A program made the translations under genes and the position numbers. Below, in pieces: positions 7,776-17,440 of a DNA stretch of 56,227 nt (its first letter is position 1; every line of letters begins with the position of its first letter). The notes below the pieces were generated by a model. The model saw only the letters and a program-made list of their open reading frames with translations. It was not told the DNA's origin and searched no databases. This DNA is from an uncultured Akkermansia sp. (GTDB taxonomy: Bacteria > Verrucomicrobiota > Verrucomicrobiia > Verrucomicrobiales > Akkermansiaceae): positions 1 to 56,227 of the forward strand of contig CAYRJI010000001.1 of the NCBI GenBank assembly GCA_964424645.1, in the 5' to 3' direction.

Positions 7776-10616
7776 TCACACTGCGGGGTCAGGTGTTTTG
7801 TCGCACAGCTCAAGCGTATCGCAGCTACAACAGAAATTTCGGTCACCGTAAATGTTGTCCACGCGGGAGCAATCGGGCCAGAACTTGTGACGGCGCAAAC
7901 CGGGAACCGGGAAAGCTGCGTCGCTGCGAGTGTAAGGGTGTGTCCACTCATCGGAACAGACCTCCTGTGCCGTGTGTGGGGCATTGCAGAGCACGTTGTC
8001 GTGCTGCGGGGCATGCCCTTCGGCGACAGCGGTCATCTCCGCGTGAATATGAATCATCGCGTCGATGAATCGGTCGAGCTCGGCTTTACTTTCGGATTCC
8101 GTGGGTTCCACCATGAGGGTATCATGCACCGGGAAGCTCATCGTGGGAGCGTGGAAGCCGTAGTCCATGAGCCGCTTCGCGATGTCATCGACCGTGAGTC
8201 CGCTCTTGTGGAGCATCTCGCGCGTATCGAGGATGCACTCGTGTGCCACAAGCCCGTTTGCGCCGATGTAGAGAGTGGGGAAGTACGGCGCGAGCTTGTG
8301 CGATACGTAATTGGCGTTCAGAATGGCAACCTGTGAGGCGAGTTTGAGCCCCTCCCCTCCCATCATCGCGATATACATCCACGTGATGGGGTCAATGGCG
8401 GCGGAGCCGAATTCAGCCGAGGCAACGGCACCTTGCGTACGAGCGCGATCATCGTGCAGATGCCCGGGCAGGAATGGCGCAAGGTGCGGCGCACAGCAGA
8501 TGGGACCTACCCCGGGACCGCCGCCGCCGTGGGGCATCCCAAAGGTCTTATGCAGGTTGAGGTGGCAGATATCCGCCCCGATAGTCCCCGGGTTCGTGAG
8601 CCCGCACTGGGCATTCATATTGGCACCGTCCATGTATACCTGCCCACCGTTGGCATGGACTATCCTGCAGAGCTCGGCAATTTCCGGCTCATACACCCCG
8701 TGCGTGGAGGGATAGGTGACCATGAGAGCGGCGAGGCGGTCGCGGTGCTCCTCGGCACGCAAGCGGAGGTCTTCGGCATCGATATTGCCGTGCTCATCGC
8801 ATTTCACCGACACGACCGTGAAGCCCGCCATCGCGGAGGATGCGGGATTTGTCCCATGCGCGGAAGTCGGAATGAGACAGACACTGCGGTGTCCTTCCCC
8901 ACGGGCAACTTGGTAGCGATGTATCGTCAACAGCCCGGCGAACTCTCCCGCAGCTCCGGAATTCGGCTGAAGGCACACGGCGGAAAAGCCGGTAATTTTC
9001 GCCAGCCAATCCTCCAGCTGCAGCAGCATGGCACGCATCCCCTCACACTGGTCGGCGGGGGCGAAAGGATGCAGCTGCGTGACAGCTTCCCACGTGACGG
9101 GCATCATCGTCGCGGCACAATTCGCCTTCATCGTGCAGGAGCCGAGCGGTATCATCGCCTCATTGAGCGCGAGGTCGCGCATCTCCAAGCGGTGGATGTA
9201 GCGCATCATGTCCGTCTCCGAGTGGAACGTATTGAAGCACTTTTCCGTGCAGAAGCCCGTGGCGCGCTCGTCGGCAGGTGCCTCCGGAATGGGTGCAGCG
9301 GACACCCCAAAAGCGGCGCAAAGTGCCGTCAGATCGGCGTCCGTGCAGGTCTCATCAAAGGAAACGCTCACCGTGTCGGCATCGATTCGGCGAATATTGT
9401 AGCCGACGGCGAGGGCGGCAGCCGTCAACGCATCCGCCTGCCCCTCAGCTCGCAGTGCCACCGTATCGAAGAAGCGGTCACAGAGTACCCGCACCCCCGG
9501 CTTGGCGCGCATGCTCTGAGCGAAAGCGGCTGCCAGTCGCTGCACCGTAGCGGCAATCCGCGCGAGCCCCTGCGGTCCGTGATACATGGCGCAGAATGTG
9601 CTGAGCAGTGCCGTCAGCACCTGCGCCGTGCAGATGTTGGATGTCGCCTTTTCGCGGCGGATGTGCTGCTCTCGCGTCTGCAGGGCTAAGCGGTAGGCGG
9701 GTCTTCCGTCGCGGTCGACCGACAGCCCGATGTAGCGTCCCGGGAGTTTGCGCTTGAGGGCATCCGTGCACGCCATGTACGCGGCGGCGGGTCCCCCGTA
9801 CCCCATGGGGATGCCGAAGCGTTGCGTGGTACCGACGCACACATCAGCCCCGAACGCACCGGGTTCGCGCAACCGGGTTAGTGCCAAGAGGTCCGCTGCC
9901 ACACAGCAGAGCACTTTCACGGCGTGACACTTTTCGAAAAAGGGCGTGTAATCTTCCACCCCGCCCAAATTATCCGGGTACTGCACCAAAACACCCGCCA
10001 GGTCGGGGACGGATGCGGGGTCGAAGCTCCGCCAATCCCCCGTGATGAGCCTCACGCCGGTCGTCTCGCAGCGGGTGCGCATCACCTCAATCGTCTGCGG
10101 AAAACAACTATCCGCCACGAAGAATGCCGCCGACCTCGGCTTGCTGCACACGCAGAGGTGCACCGCCTCCGCCGCAGCCGTCCCCTCGTCGAGCATCGAG
10201 GCATTGGCGATGGGCAGCCCGGTGAGTCCGGTTATCATCGTCTGGAAATTCATGAGCATCTCCAAGCGTCCCTGCGCAATTTCCGGCTGATACGGTGTGT
10301 ATGCCGTATACCAGCCGGGGTTTTCATACACATTGCGCTGGATGACCGGGGGCATGTACGCCCCGTAGTACCCCTGCCCGATGAGACTCTTGGCGGGTTT
10401 GTTGGCGGCGAGTATACCCCGGAGTGCTTGCAACGCGTCCTGCTCGGGCAGCGCGGGCGGGAGCTCCGGCTCCGTCTTGAGCCGTATGTCCTGCGGCACG
10501 ATGGCATTGGTCATCGCTTCCAAGCTCTCAAAACCGAGCTCGGCAAGCATCTCGCCAATCTCGGCACGGCTCGGTCCGATGTGGCGCGGCGCAAAAGGTG
10601 TCTGGGCGGTAATCAT
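7776..10616 (-). CDS. gcvP: Glycine dehydrogenase (glycine cleavage P protein)
   Basis: YTAYTPYQPEIAQGRLE, REKATSNICTAQ, HLNLHKTF.PHGGGGPG. Confidence 0.99.
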   Translation of the reverse strand: MITAQTPFAPRHIGPSRAEIGEMLAELGFESLEAMTNAIVPQDIRLKTEPELPPALPEQDALQALRGILAANKPAKSLIGQGYYGAYMPPVIQRNVYENPGWYTAYTPYQPEIAQGRLEMLMNFQTMITGLTGLPIANASMLDEGTAAAEAVHLCVCSKPRSAAFFVADSCFPQTIEVMRTRCETTGVRLITGDWRSFDPASVPDLAGVLVQYPDNLGGVEDYTPFFEKCHAVKVLCCVAADLLALTRLREPGAFGADVCVGTTQRFGIPMGYGGPAAAYMACTDALKRKLPGRYIGLSVDRDGRPAYRLALQTREQHIRREKATSNICTAQVLTALLSTFCAMYHGPQGLARIAATVQRLAAAFAQSMRAKPGVRVLCDRFFDTVALRAEGQADALTAAALAVGYNIRRIDADTVSVSFDETCTDADLTALCAAFGVSAAPIPEAPADERATGFCTEKCFNTFHSETDMMRYIHRLEMRDLALNEAMIPLGSCTMKANCAATMMPVTWEAVTQLHPFAPADQCEGMRAMLLQLEDWLAKITGFSAVCLQPNSGAAGEFAGLLTIHRYQVARGEGHRSVCLIPTSAHGTNPASSAMAGFTVVSVKCDEHGNIDAEDLRLRAEEHRDRLAALMVTYPSTHGVYEPEIAELCRIVHANGGQVYMDGANMNAQCGLTNPGTIGADICHLNLHKTFGMPHGGGGPGVGPICCAPHLAPFLPGHLHDDRARTQGAVASAEFGSAAIDPITWMYIAMMGGEGLKLASQVAILNANYVSHKLAPYFPTLYIGANGLVAHECILDTREMLHKSGLTVDDIAKRLMDYGFHAPTMSFPVHDTLMVEPTESESKAELDRFIDAMIHIHAEMTAVAEGHAPQHDNVLCNAPHTAQEVCSDEWTHPYTRSDAAFPVPGLRRHKFWPDCSRVDNIYGDRNFCCSCDTLELCDKTPDPAV

Positions 10617-10698
10617 AGTCTAACCGACTTGAATATCAGTGTTATACAGAGCACGGGGCTTCGCCGGGTGTCTTCCCTTACCCCGCCTGTATGCGTGC

Positions 10699-11085
10699 TT
10701 ATTTGTTACAGAAATTTTCGTAGGCGGCGGCATCCATCAAGCCATCCAGCTCGGTGGGTGCACTCAGGCGTATCTTGCATATCCAGCCTGCCCCGAATGC
10801 CTCCTTGTTCACCGCGTCGGGTCCATCGCCCAACTGCTCGTTCACTTCTACGATCTCGCCGGAAACGGGTGTGTAGACATCCGACGCTGCCTTCACGGAC
10901 TCAACGGCTCCGATCGCGTCACCTGCGGCAAAGGTGCTGCCGACCTCGGGGAGGTCCACGTACACCACATCTCCCAGCTCCGCTTGCGCAAAGTCGGTGA
11001 TCCCGATGGTTACCACCCCATCGACGGCAGGGCTCACCCATTCATGCTCGGTGGAGTATCTGTAATTTTGGAGAATAGTACTCAT
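10699..11085 (-). CDS. gcvH: Glycine cleavage system H protein
   Basis: HEWV, GITDFAQ.LGD, VESVKAASD lipoyl-Lys motif. Confidence 0.99.
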   Translation of the reverse strand: MSTILQNYRYSTEHEWVSPAVDGVVTIGITDFAQAELGDVVYVDLPEVGSTFAAGDAIGAVESVKAASDVYTPVSGEIVEVNEQLGDGPDAVNKEAFGAGWICKIRLSAPTELDGLMDAAAYENFCNK

Positions 11086-11106
11086 GGTAAAAGTTGGGGT
11101 TGTAAG

Positions 11107-12189
11107 TTATTTTTTCAAGAAGGGCTTCTTAACAATTTGGGCGGGTACGGCTTTTCCCCGAACGATGACCTGCACGGGTGTCCCGATCTTCGCGTGGCTC
11201 GCCGGTACATACGCCATGGCAATGCCCACACCGAGCGTCGGCGAGAGCACTCCGCTGCACAGCTCCCCGAGCGGTGTCCCGTCCGGCAGCTGCACCTCAT
11301 AGCCGTGTCTGGGGGGTGCCCCCTTGCCGGTGTATTCAATCGCGACGAGTGCCGTGGGGCGTCCCGTGGCTTTCTGCTCTCGCAGCACGTCCACCCCGAT
11401 GAAGTCTTTGGTGAGGTCGCAGCACCACGAAAGCCCGGCTTCCAAAGGCGTCTTCTCCGGGGACAGGTCGGACCCGTTCAGCGAGTAGCACATCTCGAGG
11501 CGCAGACTATCCCGCGCCCCCAAGCCACAGGGCTTTGCGCCCCCTGCCACCACCGCATCAAACCATTTCTCCCCCTGTCCTGCCGCGCAAAACATCTCAA
11601 AACCGTTTTCTCCGGTGTACCCCGTGCGGCACACGAGGAGCTCATCACCCCCTACCGTCATTCTCTTGATTCCATTGTGCTCCGGCAGGGTCTTCCCCGG
11701 ACACACCTTCGCGAACACTTCCCCGCACAGCGGTCCCTGAACCGCCAGCCCCACATAATCGGCACTCAAGTTCTCCAAATCTACCGCTGCGGGTTTATGG
11801 GCACTCAACCACGCAAAATCTTCGTCGATCATCGACGCGTTCACGACAATAAAGAAGTCCTCCGCCGCCAATCGATAGATGATCAAGTCATCTATCACCC
11901 CACCACGCTCATTGAGCATCATGGAATACTGCCCAAAGCCATCGGTCAGCTTGAGGAGATTGTTCGTGAACATGGTGTTCAGCCACGCCAAGCTCCCCTC
12001 CCCGTGCACCCGAAACTGTCCCATGTGGGATATATCAAACACCCCGCAGGCATGCCGCACACTGTGGTGCTCTTCCAAAATTCCGGTATACTGTACCGGC
12101 ATCAACCACCCCGCAAAGGGGACCATCTTCGCACCGAGTGCTCTGTGTCTCTCGCACAACGGTGTCTTCTTGATTTCTTCGTCACTCAC
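11107..12189 (-). CDS. gcvT: Aminomethyltransferase (glycine cleavage T protein); GTG start at 12189
   Basis: KMVPFAGW.MP, FDISHMG, RTGYTGE.GFE, GLGARDSLRLE. Confidence 0.98.
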   Translation of the reverse strand: MSDEEIKKTPLCERHRALGAKMVPFAGWLMPVQYTGILEEHHSVRHACGVFDISHMGQFRVHGEGSLAWLNTMFTNNLLKLTDGFGQYSMMLNERGGVIDDLIIYRLAAEDFFIVVNASMIDEDFAWLSAHKPAAVDLENLSADYVGLAVQGPLCGEVFAKVCPGKTLPEHNGIKRMTVGGDELLVCRTGYTGENGFEMFCAAGQGEKWFDAVVAGGAKPCGLGARDSLRLEMCYSLNGSDLSPEKTPLEAGLSWCCDLTKDFIGVDVLREQKATGRPTALVAIEYTGKGAPPRHGYEVQLPDGTPLGELCSGVLSPTLGVGIAMAYVPASHAKIGTPVQVIVRGKAVPAQIVKKPFLKK

Positions 12190-12196
12190 GCCCCCT

Positions 12197-12225
12197 ATCG
12201 TACCCGCCTCTGCCCCCATTGTCAA
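12197..12225 (-). promoter_or_regulatory. gcvT promoter (leaderless geometry)
   Basis: TTGACA-17-TACGAT-7 nt-GTG. Confidence 0.7.
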
Positions 12226-12265
12226 GCTTGCTGCTTCTGCATGGCATTTTTTTTCATTTTTCGTC

Positions 12266-12294
12266 TTGACTTATCGGCGCATTATCGGTAAACT
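12266..12294 (+). promoter_or_regulatory. tRNA-Met promoter
   Basis: TTGACT-17-TAAACT. Confidence 0.7.
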
Positions 12295-12326
12295 CCCCTC
12301 GTCCGCGCGAGCGGACGCTTCAGAAT

Positions 12327-12400
12327 CGCGGGGTAGAGCAGCTCGGTAGCTCGTCAGGCTCATAACCTGGAGGTCGCAGGTTCAAATCCCGCCCCCGCAA
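12327..12400 (+). tRNA. tRNA-fMet (CAT), initiator; CCA not encoded
   Basis: Cloverleaf CGCGGGG...CCCGCAA, anticodon loop CT-CAT-AA, GGTTCAAATC, C1:A72 mismatch. Confidence 0.97.
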
Positions 12401-12420
12401 GTGCCGCTTGGCATGACCAT

Positions 12421-12462
12421 GTGCCCGCTTGGGATTCGTCCCCCGGCGGGCACATCTATTTT
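12421..12462 (+). terminator. Probable terminator hairpin after tRNA-fMet
   Basis: gtgcccgc..ggga-TTCG-tccc..gcgggcac followed by atctatttt. Confidence 0.55.
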
Positions 12463-12521
12463 GGCTCACACCCAACCTCGTATTACTATTCTCCCCGCCG
12501 CTTCCGTACCGACTCACCCCC

Positions 12522-12729
12522 TCCTCCGCACCCGTCACTCCTCTGCTTTGCCACTTCGTACTTCCTGTTCGCTTCGTACGTGGCGTCCTCCCCAACCCCT
12601 GCTGTCGCCCTTCCACCCTACTCCCACACACACCGTCGCCGCACACATTCCCCGGTCTCTACCCCATACTTCCCGCCACAGCTTTGCCACTTCGTACTTC
12701 GTACTTCTGATTTATTCGGGGCAGTTGTG
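12522..12729 (+). repeat. Dispersed heptamer element, copy 4 (two tandem plus modules)
   Basis: 12522-12570 nearly matches 4702-4751; 12612-12704 is the reverse complement of 4424-4516. Confidence 0.9.
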
Positions 12730-12759
12730 ATTTTCTCGGGAAAGTTTTGGCTTTTTTCC

Positions 12760-12788
12760 TTGACTTCCGACCGGCTCGTGCTTAGAAT
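12760..12788 (+). promoter_or_regulatory. Promoter about 400 nt upstream of the PilX-like gene
   Basis: TTGACT-17-TAGAAT. Confidence 0.65.
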
Positions 12789-13191
12789 GCACCTTGGGTA
12801 ATCCCATATAGTATGAGCATCTCGCTGCTACCCCCCCCAATTTGTTATTAGCTCATTGTAAGCGCGTTACAACGTCGCTTATTCTTTCCCTGCTCGCGCA
12901 GGTAGCCCCGGCGGAGGGAATCCCTGCGAAACCGCAGCATGATGGGAAACTTTTCTTCTTCCCCTCACCCGTCCGAGGCAACTTTCTGCATACCGCCTCC
13001 ACTCCGGTTCCTACCCGGGCTTCACACGCCCTACACACTAGGGGGCACCAAGGCTGCGGCGATGCCTCAGCTTGCCGCTCCCTGCCCACTTCCCTGTTCA
13101 CCTATCTCCCTCCCATCGGGCGGGATGCATCAGCCGTATAAACTAATTTTTTGGGCACCATTTCCGTTCAGAATCATAACATCTACCGACC

Positions 13192-16100
13192 GTGAAAACA
13201 AAGAATAAAAAAAGAAAAGGTTTTGCCTTGGTGGCGACTCTCACATTGATGATGCTCCTAGGGCTCATTGCCGTGGGACTGCTCGCCGTCGCATCGAGTC
13301 AAAATCGCATCGCGGCGCAAACCATTCTGCAGGCGGAGGCTCGCCAGCAAGCTCTCATCGGGCTGGATGCCGCCATCTCCGACCTTCAGATGGAAGCAGG
13401 TCCCGATCAACGCGTGACCGCTTCCTCCGCTATCCTTTCCCAAAATCAATCCGACTCACAGCATCTTTTGGGCGTCTGGGACAGCTGGCAGGCTCCTCTC
13501 TACGGTACTCACAATGGAGCGGACATCCGGAGCACCTACACCGCCGGGCGCGCCTCCATGTTCCGCCGCTGGCTCATCTCCTGCAGCGACCTGCGTCGTC
13601 AACGCCAACTCAATGCCATCAATGACCTCGGCAAACAAAAACCCGGCTACCGCATCTGCATGGTCGGCGAAGGCACGCTGGGTCCCGATACCTCCAAGGA
13701 GGAGTACGTGTACGCCGATCTGATCTCCATGCCCTCCCCCGAGCGCAATGAAACCTGCTTTGCTTGGTGGGTCGGGGGCGAAAACCAAAAGGCGAATGTG
13801 GCTATTGCGGATCAGCCGCCTACGAATGATCCCATAGAAATCCTGCACCGCACATGGGATACTCCTGCCCCGGTCTTCCGCGATAGCAAAAATCTGGATT
13901 TCTTGCCGAAACAAATCCAAGAGCCGCAAAAGCTCGTGGACCTGAAGACCCTTCCGCTGGTCAATTCCGGGGGCGTCGACGTCGGTCAGCCTTACTTCTT
14001 CGATGCCACCACGTTCTCCTATTCCCTCATCACCAATCCTCGGGACGGTGGGCTGAAGCTGGACCTCAACCTGCTGCTCAACAAGGAAAACTTGGAAGAT
14101 ACACCGATGCGGTCGCGCACAAATCAGGACTGTCCCTTGGCGGAGGGCGAAGGCTTGCCCACCGGCACGGAAGCTTCCTTCCCCATCGGCTCTTGGCAGG
14201 CTCTGCATGCCTTCTACAACCTGTGGCCCGACGGCACCGCAGCAGAAGAAGACTTTACCTCCCCGCGCCTCGTCGGCGGCGTTTCCGAGGCGCATGCGCG
14301 CATGGGCGGTCATTTGGAGAGGGGCACTACCGAGAAGGGTGATGCGGTCACATTCTTCGATGAGAAGGCTCGCTTCAATGAAAATCAGTACTCCGGCTAT
14401 GCCCGCACTCCGGTCCTGCTTTCTTTCTACGGAGCGTACGGAATGATTGTGTACGACCCATACAACCCGGACGGAAGGCGAGATGGTCAACATAGCTACG
14501 GTCATGCGTACGCCCCATTCTTTTTGTGGTGGAATCCCTACAATGTGCCTCTGCGCGTAGGTGCTAAGAAACTCTGGGCACACAGTCTGATTTATCGAAC
14601 AAACTCTGTCTTGCTGTGGCAACCATCAAAAGATAATACAGTGTATTGGACACGCAGCTTGATGTTGCAGCCCGGTAATGCAAAAACCAACGTAGACACA
14701 TTCGGCGCACCGGGTCAGGTAAATGGCTACGCCAATGATTGGGGAAATTACTTTGTTCATTCGCAAGATGACCAAAGTAGCGATATCGTCTTCGAACCCG
14801 GCGAAATTCTCATGTTTTCTATGGCGGAAGGCTTTAATAATATGGAGCGACTCATTTCGAGCAAGGGGCAGGATGGGCTGATGAGCTTTTCTCAACCCCA
14901 AAAAATTCCCTTTGTACAGGGAGACCAAGTGGGTATGCTACACAATTACTTCATATCTATGTATTCCGATGATGGGAATTCCGGGTCCGGCGAGCGTACA
15001 TCTTACATTATGAAATTGGCACTGGAGACGAAGACCGGCTACAGTAGCTCCGGATATATTACAACGAAACTGGATCAGGATGCTCAATATGTGAGCGGGG
15101 GAGAGGTTTACGACACGATAGGGGATTATCTGGGACCCGGAGAGCGTGGTTTATTTGCCGTGACGCACGGTTTCAACGGAGTGGATGCTTCCCAAGCTGC
15201 CGGTCAGAATCCCACGGAAAGTCGTCTTACCGCGCGTCTCGATCGCTTTATCGGCGCAGAGGGCATTTCCCCGTATACCTTTAATCTCGGATGGTATGAT
15301 TATGACACGACATCGATAGATGATGCGACCTTTGTGAGTGATATGCAGTGGGATATGAGCATGTACAAGGAGCCCTACTACTACGCGGCGGTGGGAATCG
15401 CTCCGAAGTCCTACAATCAATCTCTGAGAAATGCCCTCCCCGCTTTCAATGACAAAGATTACCGCACCAAAAACTGGGTGCATTCCAGCCCCGCCATGGG
15501 GGGCGGCACCCTCTACAAACCGGACGACCAGCAGCGGCAGTACCATCCCTTCCAGCTCTCTGCCGTGGAGGTGGACGCCAAGCGGGTGATGGATACGGTG
15601 AATTCAAAAAACGGCATCTACGGCATACAGAGTGTGGGAACGGGCGGTGGTGAGGCGGTGTCGTTCATTTCGGTGTTGGAGCTGCCCGTTCATCCGCCAT
15701 TTTCCCTCGCCGGGTTTTCCGGTATGCGGCTCAAGCCGGGGTGGTACTATACGACCGACACAGGGCGAATGGGGACACTGGCAAACATGCGGCGCATGCA
15801 GTACCAAGCCGGTGTCCCGGGCGTCGGCATCGGCAACTCCTTTGCGGACCCCTGTCTGCCGTCGGACGGGGTTTACGCGTTCCACCAAACGAAAATTTCT
15901 TCCGACCTGAAGAGCAACGCTACCGTCTTTTCTGACTTTTACGACCACGGTTTCATCATCAATGATGCCCTCTGGGACCGCTGGTTCTGCTCCTCTGTTT
16001 CCGATATGCCCGGGGCGCGCGGTCGGGTGCAGGCGAGGGACACCTTGGACGCTTTCGTAAAAGGGGAACAAGCTCTCCCCGTCTCGCGCTACAAGCTCGC

Positions 16101-17040
16101 TCACTCCTCCGTCTCCCAAGACCAAGTCGTTTCGCAGATTATGAGCGGCGATGGCTGGAAACAAATAGCTCGCTACCTCATGGTGGAGGGCGGGTTCAAT
16201 GTCAACTCGGTGTCGGAGGACGCGTGGGCTGCCGTGCTGCAAGGACTCGCAAAACGTGAACTCGTGAGCAACACGGATAACCACCTGCACACCGTGGAGC
16301 ACCGGGGAGAGGATAACGTGCTCTTCCCTCGCTTCATGGTCTCCACGGCTGACCGCACGATGGACGGCAGCGGCAGCGGCTACAACATGCTCCTCGGCGC
16401 AGCCTTCCTGCGTCCCAGCATGAAAATGGCTACGGCTTGGGGCGATGTCCGCTCGCTCTCCCCCGACCAAATCCGCCAACTGGCGCGCGAAATGGTGAAG
16501 AAGGTGCGCGAACGCGGTCCCTTCCTGAATATGGCGGACTTCATCAATCGACGCTTAGACGGCGGTACGGATGCCGCACTGACGGGAGCATTGCAGGCTG
16601 CCATCGATGCCACAGATATTAACAGAGACCTCATGCGCGCCGACTTTATGGTGCACCCGCTCCCCGGTGACTTCTACAGCTTCCCCCGCGCGGAGGAGGG
16701 CTCGATGTACACGGCAGCCCCGGGCTATCTCATTCAGAGCGATGTGCTCATGTCGCTCGGCAATATACTCACCGTGCGGGATGACACCTTCACGGTGCGT
16801 GCCTACGGCTGCGTGCGCAATGCCCGTCACGCTATCTTGGCGCAGGCATGGTGCGAAGCCGTGGTGCAGAGAACCATCGAGTATGTCGACCCGACAAATT
16901 CACCGACAGACGGTGGCTACGACCCCGCCAACCAAGGGACATCCGGCGGAAATCAGTCCAAGCTCTCCGAAGTGAATCGCCTCATGGGTCGTAAGATGCG
17001 CGTCGTCTCCTTCAAATGGCTCGATAGCTGGGATATATAG
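13192..17040 (+). CDS. Large pilin-leader (PilX-like) protein, Verru_Chthon cassette protein A-like
   Basis: KRKG-FALVATL hydrophobic prepilin-type N-terminus; C-terminal GPFLNMADFINRRL, LTVRDDTFTVRAYG, AWCEAVVQR, RVVSFKWL typical of Verrucomicrobia paralogues. Confidence 0.75.
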   Translation: MKTKNKKRKGFALVATLTLMMLLGLIAVGLLAVASSQNRIAAQTILQAEARQQALIGLDAAISDLQMEAGPDQRVTASSAILSQNQSDSQHLLGVWDSWQAPLYGTHNGADIRSTYTAGRASMFRRWLISCSDLRRQRQLNAINDLGKQKPGYRICMVGEGTLGPDTSKEEYVYADLISMPSPERNETCFAWWVGGENQKANVAIADQPPTNDPIEILHRTWDTPAPVFRDSKNLDFLPKQIQEPQKLVDLKTLPLVNSGGVDVGQPYFFDATTFSYSLITNPRDGGLKLDLNLLLNKENLEDTPMRSRTNQDCPLAEGEGLPTGTEASFPIGSWQALHAFYNLWPDGTAAEEDFTSPRLVGGVSEAHARMGGHLERGTTEKGDAVTFFDEKARFNENQYSGYARTPVLLSFYGAYGMIVYDPYNPDGRRDGQHSYGHAYAPFFLWWNPYNVPLRVGAKKLWAHSLIYRTNSVLLWQPSKDNTVYWTRSLMLQPGNAKTNVDTFGAPGQVNGYANDWGNYFVHSQDDQSSDIVFEPGEILMFSMAEGFNNMERLISSKGQDGLMSFSQPQKIPFVQGDQVGMLHNYFISMYSDDGNSGSGERTSYIMKLALETKTGYSSSGYITTKLDQDAQYVSGGEVYDTIGDYLGPGERGLFAVTHGFNGVDASQAAGQNPTESRLTARLDRFIGAEGISPYTFNLGWYDYDTTSIDDATFVSDMQWDMSMYKEPYYYAAVGIAPKSYNQSLRNALPAFNDKDYRTKNWVHSSPAMGGGTLYKPDDQQRQYHPFQLSAVEVDAKRVMDTVNSKNGIYGIQSVGTGGGEAVSFISVLELPVHPPFSLAGFSGMRLKPGWYYTTDTGRMGTLANMRRMQYQAGVPGVGIGNSFADPCLPSDGVYAFHQTKISSDLKSNATVFSDFYDHGFIINDALWDRWFCSSVSDMPGARGRVQARDTLDAFVKGEQALPVSRYKLAHSSVSQDQVVSQIMSGDGWKQIARYLMVEGGFNVNSVSEDAWAAVLQGLAKRELVSNTDNHLHTVEHRGEDNVLFPRFMVSTADRTMDGSGSGYNMLLGAAFLRPSMKMATAWGDVRSLSPDQIRQLAREMVKKVRERGPFLNMADFINRRLDGGTDAALTGALQAAIDATDINRDLMRADFMVHPLPGDFYSFPRAEEGSMYTAAPGYLIQSDVLMSLGNILTVRDDTFTVRAYGCVRNARHAILAQAWCEAVVQRTIEYVDPTNSPTDGGYDPANQGTSGGNQSKLSEVNRLMGRKMRVVSFKWLDSWDI

Positions 17041-17391
17041 AAGTACGAGGTACGAAGTACGAAGTAGCGGAGCCGGGGAGGAGTGTTTGTGTGGTGCTGT
17101 AGCTTGGCGCGGGTTGCGCACCCGTTGTTGAAAGTGTGGAACGGATTGGAAGTATGCTTCTCGAACTTACCATTCGTCTCTCACGTTGCTTCCCGACACA
17201 CACACCTCTCCGACCACCTACGCCAAAACTCCGGAAAACGAAGCACCTCTCCGCTGCCTTTCACCGTCCTTCCGCCACAGCTTTGCCACTTCGTACTTCG
17301 AATTATCCTCGTACTTCCATCCCCTCCGTGTTTTCCTGCGCCAAAGTCCTCGCCTACCACGAAGCCTTTAATTTATTTGGGACAGGTGTGG
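17041..17391. repeat. Dispersed heptamer element, copy 5: minus heptamers (17041-17066) and plus module with right end (17270-17391)
   Basis: aagtacgaggtacgaagtacgaag right after the stop; ccgccacagctttgccacttcgtac...tttgggacaggtgtgg. Confidence 0.9.
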
Positions 17392-17405
17392 GGGCAGATG
17401 GGTGC

Positions 17406-17433
17406 TTGCATTATTCACGGAAGCGGTTATAAT
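17406..17433 (+). promoter_or_regulatory. Promoter of the ATPase-HNH pair (leaderless geometry)
   Basis: TTGCAT-16-TATAAT-7 nt-ATG. Confidence 0.7.
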
Positions 17434-17440
17434 ACACGGC

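Noticed and set aside
12190-12260. Glycine riboswitch upstream of gcvT
   Set aside because: The promoter is 7 nt from the start codon, so there is no room, and no aptamer motifs are seen.
17041-17440. Retron msr-msd upstream of the ATPase-HNH pair
   Set aside because: No reverse transcriptase; the region is the dispersed repeat and lies upstream of the promoter.
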